From Minisyncoccota bacterium (GTDB lineage Bacteria; Patescibacteriota; Minisyncoccia; Phycocordibacterales; CAIRYW01): a stretch of DNA of 47,184 nt. This document shows positions 20,025 through 28,032 of the stretch, piece by piece. Under the pieces are notes generated by a model. The model was given only the letters and a program-made list of their open reading frames with translations. It searched no databases and was not told the DNA's origin. The DNA lies in the NCBI GenBank assembly GCA_041665985.1, contig JBAYHV010000002.1, positions 1-47,184 on the forward strand, read 5' to 3'. A program made the position numbers and the translations under genes. Numbering within the stretch: the first letter of the stretch is position 1; the number at the start of each line of letters is the position of its first letter.

Positions 20025-20287
20025 TTATTCAATTCAATTGAGCTGTAAGCCTCAAGTAGGTCATCCAGAGATGAACATTTGAGGACATTACTCCCTCCTT
20101 TAAAACTGTCGTCTCTGTGGATCGAAATACTATGGATTATCCTACTCCGTCCACCAATCCCTTTCCTGTGCAATTTCGCACCGATAAGGGCATTAAGATC
20201 AGCAAGGAGGCCTGGCTGATATTGAAACACGATTGATTTAGCAATTTCAGCAGCATCTACCCCAGAAGCTTCAAGAACAATTTTCAT
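20015..20287 (-). CDS. Hypothetical protein in a locally GC-richer segment
   Basis: 90-aa ORF with its own terminator. GC is visibly above the surroundings. No family recognised. Confidence 0.45.
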   Translation of the reverse strand: MKIVLEASGVDAAEIAKSIVFQYQPGLLADLNALIGAKLHRKGIGGRSRIIHSISIHRDDSFKGGSNVLKCSSLDDLLEAYSSIELNNAT

Positions 20288-20374
20288 ACATCATCACTAA
20301 ATCATGTTTTAAGAGATATGTAAATAGCACGTAATATCCCAATAGCTTGGAATCGCAAATATACCTATTTATAT

Positions 20375-20782
20375 CTATTCAGTAGTAATGCCATCAAACT
20401 CCGGTCCATCTGCCTCTGCTTCTGCTTTGGTTGTTCGAACAATTCCATCTTTATGATGCGCTGGAGAATAAATTGTATACATTTTAAGAGCCTCAGTTTC
20501 AGAAGTATTTATTACATTATGTTGGGCTCCAGATGGAACTACTACAGCATCGCCGTTTGCCACATCATATTCATTACCGTCTATGATTACCTTCCCTGTT
20601 CCAGATTCAAATCTAAAAAATTGATCATTTTCAGTATGTACTTCTAAACCAATTTCCTCTTTAGGATTCAGACTCATAAGTACTAGTTGAGAGTGATGAC
20701 CTGTATAAAGTACTTTACGAAAATCTGTATTTTCTACAGTCAACTTTTCAATATTTTGTTTAAATCCTTTCATTTTGATCAT
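20375..20782 (-). CDS. Cupin-domain protein (paralog of 14235..14642)
   Basis: 135 aa, colinear with the other cupin over the full length. Confidence 0.85.
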   Translation of the reverse strand: MIKMKGFKQNIEKLTVENTDFRKVLYTGHHSQLVLMSLNPKEEIGLEVHTENDQFFRFESGTGKVIIDGNEYDVANGDAVVVPSGAQHNVINTSETEALKMYTIYSPAHHKDGIVRTTKAEAEADGPEFDGITTE

Positions 20783-20892
20783 GAGTTAGTTAATAATTAT
20801 TTGTTTCATTATAATACTTCGTTCATTTCTTCACTAACACCACTTTTTATGCAGAATTTCATACTGATCAAAAAATAGAGTATAATGCGAAT

Positions 20893-21138
20893 ATGAATAC
20901 AGAAAACGAAGAAGATGAAGAAATAATCGTCGTAAAAGACGCACACGGAAACACTCTTTCAAATGGAGACAGTGTCACTGTAATAAAAGACCTAAAAGTA
21001 AAAGGTTCATCCTCTACTCTCAAAAAAGGCACAAAGATCAAAAACATTCGTCTAACAGACGATGAAGACCTCGTTGAATGCAACGCCGAAGGAATAAAAG
21101 GTCTTGTTTTAAGAACAGAGTTTTTGAAGAAGAGTTAG
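20893..21138 (+). CDS. phnA: PhnA/YjdM C-terminal domain protein lacking the N-terminal zinc ribbon
   Basis: 81 aa. [42 protein letters not shown]...EFLKKS closely matches the remembered E. coli YjdM C-terminal half ([28 protein letters not shown]...EFVKKN). Confidence 0.85.
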   Translation: [81 protein letters not shown]

Positions 21139-21139
21139 A
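21107..21139 (+). repeat. 33-bp direct repeat, copy 1 (last codons and stop of the phnA-like gene)
   Basis: TTTTAAGAACAGAGTTTTTGAAGAAGAGTTAGA; the second copy at 21761..21793 has one mismatch. Confidence 0.9.
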
Positions 21140-21173
21140 CTACTAGCTGTATATTTCAATAAAATATTTCTCT

Positions 21174-21734
21174 ATGAAACTTATTCTTATATTTGGACCG
21201 CAAGCTGTTGGCAAAATGACAGTGGGTCATGAATTAGAAAAAATAACTAATTTAAAACTTTTTCATAATCATATGCCGATTGAAATGGTAGCACCATTTT
21301 TTAGTTATGGTACTGAAACTGGAAAAAGACTAGTAAATCTTTTTCGCGAAGAAATATTTAAAGCAGTAGTCTCTAGTGATTTGGAGGGATTAATTTTTAC
21401 ATTTCTGTGGTATTTTGATTCTCAAGAAGATTGGGACTACACAGAAGAAGTAGTGAAGATCTTTAAAGACAAAGGAGCAGAGGTATATTTTATAGAACTA
21501 GAAGCAAACGAAGAAGAAAGATTAAGGAGAAACAAAACTGAGCATAGATTAGAGCACAAGCCGACAAAAAGAAACATTGAATGGTCAGAAAATAATCTCA
21601 AAAAAAGTAGCCTAGAACATAGATTGAACTCAAAAGAAGGCGAAATAGAAGAAAAGAATTATATAAGAATAGACAATACAAACTTAAGCCCTCAAGATGT
21701 TGCAAAAAAAATTAAAGAAAAATTTAATCTATAG
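21174..21734 (+). CDS. P-loop NTPase, small kinase-like (AAA_33-like)
   Basis: 186 aa with Walker A LIFGPQAVGKMT at the N-terminus. Confidence 0.65.
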   Translation: MKLILIFGPQAVGKMTVGHELEKITNLKLFHNHMPIEMVAPFFSYGTETGKRLVNLFREEIFKAVVSSDLEGLIFTFLWYFDSQEDWDYTEEVVKIFKDKGAEVYFIELEANEEERLRRNKTEHRLEHKPTKRNIEWSENNLKKSSLEHRLNSKEGEIEEKNYIRIDNTNLSPQDVAKKIKEKFNL

Positions 21735-21760
21735 TTAATATATAAAAAAATTTAAACAGT

Positions 21761-21793
21761 TTTTAAGAACAGAGTTTTTGAAAAAGAGTTAGA
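21761..21793 (+). repeat. 33-bp direct repeat, copy 2
   Basis: TTTTAAGAACAGAGTTTTTGAAAAAGAGTTAGA, downstream of the kinase-like gene. Confidence 0.9.
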
Positions 21794-21824
21794 AATACTT
21801 AGATTTAAATAGATAATGTTACAT

Positions 21825-21857
21825 AAAAAAACAGCAAGGTTAACTTGCTGTTTTTTT
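21825..21857. terminator. Bidirectional terminator between convergent genes
   Basis: A7 CAGCAAG GTTAA CTTGCTG T7. Confidence 0.8.
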
Positions 21858-21878
21858 ATACACTAAAATTTTAAAAAA

Positions 21879-22577
21879 TTATTTAATTGAAATAGATTTA
21901 ATCACTACAGCTTCCACTGGACGGTCGTTTGCTCCTGTCTTGGTATTATTTATTGCCATTACTACATCCATACCATCAATAACTTGACCAAAAACAGTAT
22001 GCTTAGTATTTAAGAAAGAGTTATCTGCGACATTGATGAAGAACTGGCTTTCATTTGTATTTGGACCAGAATTCGCCATCGCAAGACTTCCAATACTATT
22101 ATTGTTACTTGCTGTTATTTCATCTGCAAATTGATATTCAGGACCTCCCGTACCCCAACGAGCCATTTGAGAGTCATCTTTACTAAGTGGGTCCCCTGCT
22201 TGGTTCATAAAATCTTTAATTACTCTATGAAATTTTGTACCGTCATAAAAATTACTTTCTGAGAGCTTCACAAAATTTACTACTGTATTTGGAGTAGTTT
22301 CTGGATTAAGTTTTATTGTTATATCCCCCATACTTGTGTGTAGAATTGCTGTCATGGTTTTTTTATTATTTATTTCTTTATTACTAATTACTTGCTCTTC
22401 TATTTTCCCATTTGTAGTTGTATCAGTTGTAGCACTGGTTGTAGTAGCAATTATTTCTTGATTTGCAATTGCATTAATTTTTAATTCCGACTCGTTTGTT
22501 TTTTCATTATTTATAAAGTACCAAATACCTAAACCTGTTAAAAAAACTACGATAATTGATAAAACAATATTTTTCAT
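21879..22577 (-). CDS. Membrane-anchored cyclophilin-type peptidyl-prolyl isomerase
   Basis: 232 aa with a TM anchor, then HTSMGDITIKL, FYDGTKFHRVIKDFMNQAGDP and SLAMANSGPNTNESQFFI. Confidence 0.9.
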   Translation of the reverse strand: MKNIVLSIIVVFLTGLGIWYFINNEKTNESELKINAIANQEIIATTTSATTDTTTNGKIEEQVISNKEINNKKTMTAILHTSMGDITIKLNPETTPNTVVNFVKLSESNFYDGTKFHRVIKDFMNQAGDPLSKDDSQMARWGTGGPEYQFADEITASNNNSIGSLAMANSGPNTNESQFFINVADNSFLNTKHTVFGQVIDGMDVVMAINNTKTGANDRPVEAVVIKSISIK

Positions 22578-22691
22578 TGATCTATTTTAATCGAAAGGAC
22601 GCAAAAACAAAAGGATTGATATTGAGCATTTGAAGATTTTATTTATATAGCTCTCGGCAAGGTGAGTCCTTGCTGAAGGTGGATATAAGCT

Positions 22692-23348
22692 TTATTTTTT
22701 TACTGAACTTTTGTGGAATTCATTTTCTTTTCCTCTCAAAAGATCCTCGAATATCTCTTCTACTCCAGATTGAGCTAATTTTTCGTTATATTTTAGGTCA
22801 ATAGTCTTGCAATTTTTTAGATGTGGTTGTAAGACTTTTATTTTTGAAATAACGCCATTCAACCATTCATATAAGTTTTCAACTCCGGCTTCAATTATTT
22901 TATTTGAATAATTTAAATCATTATGAGCATGCGAATTATTTCGATGATCTTTAATAGATTTTAAAAACACTTCATGTAAAACCTGTTCTTTTTTTATTGA
23001 AATTTTAAATTCTTCATCATCGAGATTTTCGAGAATAAAATCTAATGATAGGCGTGGATTTTTTCTCCCTTTATCTCTCGAATTATATGCTGGGTCAAAA
23101 AGCCTTGCTGTGCCCAACATCCATCCATGTTGCAAAGAAGCTATTACATAGATCCAAAAATTTTTATATCTGCCGCCATGTTTTTTGGTAAATTCTTCAG
23201 TAGAGAAAAAAGTATCTTTCAAATCAAGCTCGTTCCATTCATCTTGATGTTTTGCGAATTCATTATTAGAAAAAAACCATATACAAAATTGTTGATAAGA
23301 TTGGCTTGCTTTGTCTATGAAACGATTAAATGTTTTAACATCTAGCAT
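22692..23348 (-). CDS. Hypothetical protein with a HEPN-type RNxxxAH motif (AbiU2-like, tentative)
   Basis: 218 aa, predicted all-helical. The motif is KDHRNNSHAHND in the C-terminal third. The gene is directly downstream of tRNA-Gln. Confidence 0.4.
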   Translation of the reverse strand: MLDVKTFNRFIDKASQSYQQFCIWFFSNNEFAKHQDEWNELDLKDTFFSTEEFTKKHGGRYKNFWIYVIASLQHGWMLGTARLFDPAYNSRDKGRKNPRLSLDFILENLDDEEFKISIKKEQVLHEVFLKSIKDHRNNSHAHNDLNYSNKIIEAGVENLYEWLNGVISKIKVLQPHLKNCKTIDLKYNEKLAQSGVEEIFEDLLRGKENEFHKSSVKK

Positions 23349-23523
23349 GGTTATTTAAGAAAGCTGAGAGTCAGAGAATCTCTCTCCTTACAGGAGCTGT
23401 ACAGGTTTCCTATTTTTTCAGATTAGTAAATCTTCAAAAATATAGGATAACCTTTTCGAGTCCCTACGAAAGTGCGTTCAGCACTTTCTACCCGAAGAAA
23501 AAAATTCCTTCAGAATTTTTTTG

Positions 23524-23594
23524 CTGCGGGTCAGGGACTCGAACCCCAATAGCCTCCTCCAGAGGGAGATGTCCTACCATTAGACGAACCCGCA
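23524..23594 (-). tRNA. tRNA-Gln (CUG)
   Basis: TGCGGGT TC GTCT AATGGTA GGAC A TCTCC CTCTGGA GGAGG CTAT TGGGG TTCGAGT CCCTG ACCCGCA G. It has the U1-A72 pair typical of bacterial tRNA-Gln. CCA is not encoded. Confidence 0.85.
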
Positions 23595-23598
23595 AAAT

Positions 23599-23840
23599 TT
23601 ATAAAAAGATTTTTTTCTTAAGAAAATTTCTTCCTGAAGCGGATTTGAAATATTTTTCTCTTATCCTAGCTTCTTGCTCGTATTATACACTTCTGTATAA
23701 ATAATTTTCCAAGGTAAAAATCTTTTTGTATATACATGCCTACCAGAGTTATGTTCACCAATCCTTCTCTCAATATCATTGGTCATTCCAACATAACTTT
23801 TATCATAGACTATACTTTTTAAAATATAAACTACATACAT
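23599..23840 (-). pseudogene. Small GIY-YIG nuclease (UPF0213/YhbQ-like), frameshifted
   Basis: ATG 23840 gives MYVVYILKSIVYDKSYVGMTNDIERRIGEHNSGRHVYTKRFLPWKIIYTEVYNTSKKLG then a stop at 23661 (59 aa, below the track cutoff). The family C-terminus ARIREKYFKSASGRNFLKKKIFL continues in another frame to the stop at 23599. One extra base near 23664-23678 would restore an 80-aa protein. Confidence 0.75.
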
Positions 23841-23881
23841 TATTTTAATGTTCTATCTAGACTCAGCCTGCTACGAGAAGG

Positions 23882-23940
23882 ACCATTAGACCCGCCTCGA
23901 CTCGCAGAAGCTCATCTTCGGCGAGGCGGGCGATCCCGCA
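23882..23940 (-). other. Duplicated 5' fragment of tRNA-Gln carrying a 40-nt GC-rich hairpin
   Basis: TGCGGGATCG [CCCGCCTCGCCGAAGATGAGCTTCTGCGAGTCGAGGCGGG] TCTAATGGT, compared with the intact gene TGCGGGTTCG TCTAATGGT. The 5' flank AAAAT is also shared. No anticodon arm or T arm follows. Confidence 0.7.
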
Positions 23941-24010
23941 AAATATTAGTTTAAGAGAAAAACTCAAAAGCTAAAGTTCCATTACTTTAGCCTTTTTTGG
24001 GCAAAAAATC

Positions 24011-24059
24011 AAAAAAACTTAGAGGAAAGACCTCTCAAGAGGAGGACTTACCTCTAAGT
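24011..24059 (-). terminator. pyrG terminator
   Basis: ACTTAGAGG ... CCTCTAAGT followed by a U-run on the minus transcript. A second hairpin (GCTAAAGT/ACTTTAGC) lies at 23970-23991. Confidence 0.7.
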
Positions 24060-24068
24060 TCACTTAAA

Positions 24069-25724
24069 TTATTTTTTAAGAGCGGCTTTGATGAAAGCGG
24101 AAAATAAAGGGTGTGGAGAAAGAGGACGAGCTTTAAATTCTGGATGAAATTGAGTTCCTAAGAAAAATGGATGTTTTGATCTTGGAAGTTCTGCGATCTC
24201 CATCAATTTTCCGTCTGGAGAAGTTCCAGAAAAAACCAATCCTGCTTTTTCAATATCTTTTACAAATTCTTGATTTACTTCGTATCGGTGCCTGTGTCTT
24301 TCAGAAATAGTCTCGCTCTCGTAACTTGAAAATGCAATAGTTCCCTTCTTTAAAATTGCAGGATAAGCTCCTAGTCTCATTGATCCTCCAAAATCTTTAC
24401 TCAAAAGTTTTTTCTCTTGGTCGGGCATGATGTCAATTACCAAATGTTCAGATTTTTTTGTGATCTCTGCTGTGTTTGCATCTTTCCAACCCAAAACATT
24501 TCGAGCGTATTCAATGACCATAAGTTGCATGCCGTAACAAAGACCAAAATATGGAATTTTATTTTCTCTAACAAATTTGATAGCAGAAAGTTTTCCTTCA
24601 ATTCCTGATTCTCCAAATCCTCCAGGAACAATTACTCCGTCAAAACTTCTTAACTCTTTTAGCTTGCTTGCATCTTTCTCGTAGTCTTTTGAATTTAACC
24701 AAGTTAGTTTTGCTTTTGCCCCGTTGTGATAAGCAGAGAATTTAACAGCTTCGATCACAGAAAGATAAGCATCAGAAAGAGTAAAATCTCCTGTATCAAA
24801 ATATTTTCCTACAACGGCAATTTTTACTTCTCGCCTTGGATTTTTTACTTTTGAAATAAAATCTTTCCAGTGGGACAAGTCCACGGCTTTTTTTGGAAGA
24901 CTTATAAGATCTAAAAGAATTTTACTCAAATTTCCTTTTTCAAAATTTCCAGCTACTTCGTAAATTACATCAACATCAGGCGCAGAAATGACATAGTCAG
25001 GTCTGATACTGCAAGAAGTTGCAATTTTTTCTCTTCTCTTTTCGTCCATTCCTGCTTCACTTCGGGCGATCAAAACATCAGCTTGTACTCCGTAGGAATT
25101 AAGCATTCGCATTGCATTTTGCGTAGGCTTTGATTTCATCTCTCCTAATTTTCCAGGAACAGGAAGATAAGAGACCATTATGAAAATAACATCTTTAGGA
25201 TTATGAATTTTCATTACGCGAGCCGCTTCGATGAACATTATATTTTGGTAGTCTCCAACTGTTCCTCCAATTTCAATTATAGAAATATCAGAATGAGCGC
25301 TCTCACTGGCAAAATTAAATCGATTGATGATCTCGTCTCGAATGTCAGGAATAGCTTCAACGCATTTTCCTTTGTATCCCAAAGCTCTTTCTCTTTCAAT
25401 AACTGTTTTATAGACCATTCCGCTGGTCATATAACAATTTGAAGAAATGTCTCTATTTAAAAATCTTTCATAGTTCCCCATGTCTTGATCGGTCTCGAGT
25501 CCTGAATCCAAAACAAAAACTTCTCCGTGCTCTGTAGGATTCATTGTGCCAGCATCAACGTTTAGATAAGGATCTACTTTTACAATATTTATTTTATAGC
25601 CACATGACTGAAGAAGCATTCCGATAGAAGAAGTTGTGACACCTTTTCCAACTCCGGACATCACTCCTCCAACTACGAAAATATATTTATGGTTTTTCTT
25701 CATCCAGTTAGTGATAAAAGGCAA
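24069..25724 (-). CDS. pyrG: CTP synthase
   Basis: 551 aa with an N-terminal synthetase domain (FVVGGVMSGVGKG) and a C-terminal class I glutamine amidotransferase (GLCYGMQ, HRHRYE). Confidence 0.95.
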   Translation of the reverse strand: MPFITNWMKKNHKYIFVVGGVMSGVGKGVTTSSIGMLLQSCGYKINIVKVDPYLNVDAGTMNPTEHGEVFVLDSGLETDQDMGNYERFLNRDISSNCYMTSGMVYKTVIERERALGYKGKCVEAIPDIRDEIINRFNFASESAHSDISIIEIGGTVGDYQNIMFIEAARVMKIHNPKDVIFIMVSYLPVPGKLGEMKSKPTQNAMRMLNSYGVQADVLIARSEAGMDEKRREKIATSCSIRPDYVISAPDVDVIYEVAGNFEKGNLSKILLDLISLPKKAVDLSHWKDFISKVKNPRREVKIAVVGKYFDTGDFTLSDAYLSVIEAVKFSAYHNGAKAKLTWLNSKDYEKDASKLKELRSFDGVIVPGGFGESGIEGKLSAIKFVRENKIPYFGLCYGMQLMVIEYARNVLGWKDANTAEITKKSEHLVIDIMPDQEKKLLSKDFGGSMRLGAYPAILKKGTIAFSSYESETISERHRHRYEVNQEFVKDIEKAGLVFSGTSPDGKLMEIAELPRSKHPFFLGTQFHPEFKARPLSPHPLFSAFIKAALKK

Positions 25725-26070
25725 ACTATCTCTGCCAATTCTTTATATTATTTCTCATTTCGACTACTGTGTAATAATTCATTTTTTATGATTACGAAAA
25801 TGTTTTTCAATTGGCATTTGCCTTTTTCTACTACAGGATCATTGCTCCCTATTAGCGACGTAGAGCGAGTGAAATACAAAAGTAATCTTTTGTATTTCCG
25901 AGCCGAGGAAGCTGACAAAGGTCCATGATTTTTAAACTTTATTCTGAAAGACTAATGTCTCTCATGTGACCTTTATTGTATCGAAAATTGAAGGTATTAC
26001 AACCTTTTTTCTATAACTATGTAAACAACGAAACGGAATTAAAACACGTGTCAATGACGAAACTTACCTA

Positions 26071-26991
26071 TTAGACCCTAAGATATTTTCTAACTGCCAA
26101 ATAACTAGAAAGTGCTCCAATTCCCAAACCTGAAGCTGTAATTAACCCAATGAATTTAAGTATATTTGAAAGATAATAAGTGAATATATTTATTCCTGTT
26201 CCTAGATCGAATATCTTTGGACCGATCCAATATGTGATAGGCAGAATAATTATCAAAGAAAGTATCGCTGCGCAAAGGCCATAGATCAAACCGCTGACGA
26301 CAAATGGCCACCTAATATAGTGCGTACTTGCCCCCACAAGCCTCATCACAGAGATCTCTTCTCTTGCCATATATATTGCAAGACTAATTGTGTTGAAAGT
26401 TATAAGAAGTGAAATTAAGGAGAAAAAGATTATTCCAATGATCCCAAGTTTTTTGGAAGATGCGATCATTTTGTTTATAACATTAATTGCATCTTTATTT
26501 CTAGCATAATTTACGCGGTCGATAATACTGCTTTGTGCTTGGTTTTGTTCTGCATCTAAAAAAGATGCAATCCCTGAATATTGAGAAATGTCTTTTGCTT
26601 TAATACTCATAGCTGATCCGAAAGGATTTGTTCCAACTTCTTGAATTGCCTGAAGCGTTAGTTGGTCGTTTTGATGCCTTGCCGTAAAATCAGACAACTC
26701 CTGATCGCTTGATGCCAAAGTAATTTTATCAACCTCTGGCAAAGCTTGAATTCTTTTTTGAAGTATTGCGATCTCCTCCTCACTTGCAGAATTTGAAAGA
26801 TAAACTCTTATATCAACCGCGCTTTCTATTTGCGCCAAAGTTGAAGTAAGAATTGCTTTTGTAAAAAAAAGTGAAGCAATTACCAAAAGTGCGACAGTTG
26901 TGATCAAAACCGCTGCAACAGATACAGAAATATTTCTAGCAAAATTTATGAAACCGAGTCTAACTATTCTTTTTGTATTTATCCAGAACAT
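26071..26991 (-). CDS. ftsX: Cell division permease-like protein FtsX
   Basis: 306 aa with a TM segment, an extracytoplasmic domain and three C-terminal TM segments. It follows ftsE. Confidence 0.85.
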   Translation of the reverse strand: MFWINTKRIVRLGFINFARNISVSVAAVLITTVALLVIASLFFTKAILTSTLAQIESAVDIRVYLSNSASEEEIAILQKRIQALPEVDKITLASSDQELSDFTARHQNDQLTLQAIQEVGTNPFGSAMSIKAKDISQYSGIASFLDAEQNQAQSSIIDRVNYARNKDAINVINKMIASSKKLGIIGIIFFSLISLLITFNTISLAIYMAREEISVMRLVGASTHYIRWPFVVSGLIYGLCAAILSLIIILPITYWIGPKIFDLGTGINIFTYYLSNILKFIGLITASGLGIGALSSYLAVRKYLRV

Positions 26992-27010
26992 AATATTTTA
27001 ATTCAAAATT

Positions 27011-27110
27011 TAAAATGCAAAAGTTAAAATTATAATTGAAAATTCAAAATTGAAATCCTTATTTTCTTTTTTTAAACTTTTTAATTTTGACTTGTAATTT
27101 TGCATTTTGA
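27011..27110. repeat. AT-rich imperfect-palindrome intergenic element, copy A
   Basis: Shares the blocks AAAATGCAAAA, TTCAAAATT, AACTTTTTAATTTT, ACTTGTAATTTTG and GCATTTT, in the same order, with 46334..46428. Confidence 0.65.
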
Positions 27111-27187
27111 TTTTTGAGCTTTGACTTATTTTTAAAAGTTAGTGCTTGGGTGACCAAAAACATAGTCACTTTGTTCCTTGTTTTTGG

Positions 27188-27868
27188 TCACATCACAAAC
27201 TTACCTTTTTTGTTGTCTCTAATAATTTTTCCTTTTTCCATAGTAATTACTCTTTTTCCAAGCAGATCAACGATCTCTTTATTGTGCGTTGCAAGAATAA
27301 CCACTGTTCCTAGGTCATTTATTTTTTTTAGGATATCAATAATTTCTCTGCTTGCAACTGGATCTAAGTTTCCTGTTGGTTCGTCTGCAATAATAATATC
27401 AGGCTGGTTAACGATCGCTCGTGCAATTGCTACTCTTTGTTTTTCTCCTCCAGAAAGCTGTCCAGGAAAACTTCTGATCTTGTCCGAAAGATTTACGAGC
27501 TCAAGAACGTGAGGCACATCTGAGGCAATATCTTCCTCGCTTCTTCCTGAAGCTTCCATAGCAAAAGCAATATTCTCAAAAACAGTAAGGTGAGGCAAAA
27601 GTCTAAAATCTTGAAAAACAGTACCGATTCGTCTGCGATATTTGTTTATTTCATTTTTTCCTAATTTATGAATATTTACAGACTCAAAATAGACAATACC
27701 TTGTGATGGAGATTCTTCGCCTAAGATCATTTTAAGCAATGTGGTCTTGCCTGCTCCAGAGTGTCCCACTATAGAAACAAACTCTTTTGGTTCCACAGAA
27801 ATGGTTATGTCCTCAAGGGCGGCGGTAGAATTAAAATATTTTTTTGAAACTTTATCAAAGTAAATCAT
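27188..27868 (-). CDS. ftsE: Cell division ABC ATPase FtsE
   Basis: 226 aa with Walker A GHSGAGKTT, signature LSGGEKQR and Walker B IIIADEP. It ends with TGA. Confidence 0.95.
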   Translation of the reverse strand: MIYFDKVSKKYFNSTAALEDITISVEPKEFVSIVGHSGAGKTTLLKMILGEESPSQGIVYFESVNIHKLGKNEINKYRRRIGTVFQDFRLLPHLTVFENIAFAMEASGRSEEDIASDVPHVLELVNLSDKIRSFPGQLSGGEKQRVAIARAIVNQPDIIIADEPTGNLDPVASREIIDILKKINDLGTVVILATHNKEIVDLLGKRVITMEKGKIIRDNKKGKFVM

Positions 27869-28032
27869 ATAATTTTTTAATGAATGAAATGAGTTTTAAA
27901 ATTAATGCCCAGCACATAGTTTTTTTGCTGGAGAAAAATTGAACTCAATTATCTTTGTATTGTACCAAAAATAATGAAAGATGGCACTAAATCTTAAAAA
28001 CTTTGTGCTGGGCACTGAAATCTATTTGTAAA

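Noticed and set aside
20015-20287. GC-richer segment as a structured RNA gene (SRP RNA, RNase P RNA, tmRNA, 6S)
   Set aside because: No conserved cores were found on either strand: no GGAA-tetraloop SRP motif, no GAGGAAAGTCC, no tRNA-like ends. A clean 90-codon ORF with a terminator fits better, though its function is unknown.
23455-23472. Inverted 10-nt match (GGGACTCGAA) to the tRNA-Gln T-arm region, downstream of the tRNA
   Set aside because: It is too short to distinguish from chance in a 47-kb window, and no further tRNA-like structure surrounds it.
27114-27512. 132-aa plus-strand ORF
   Set aside because: It lies antisense to ftsE, which has unambiguous ABC ATPase motifs.
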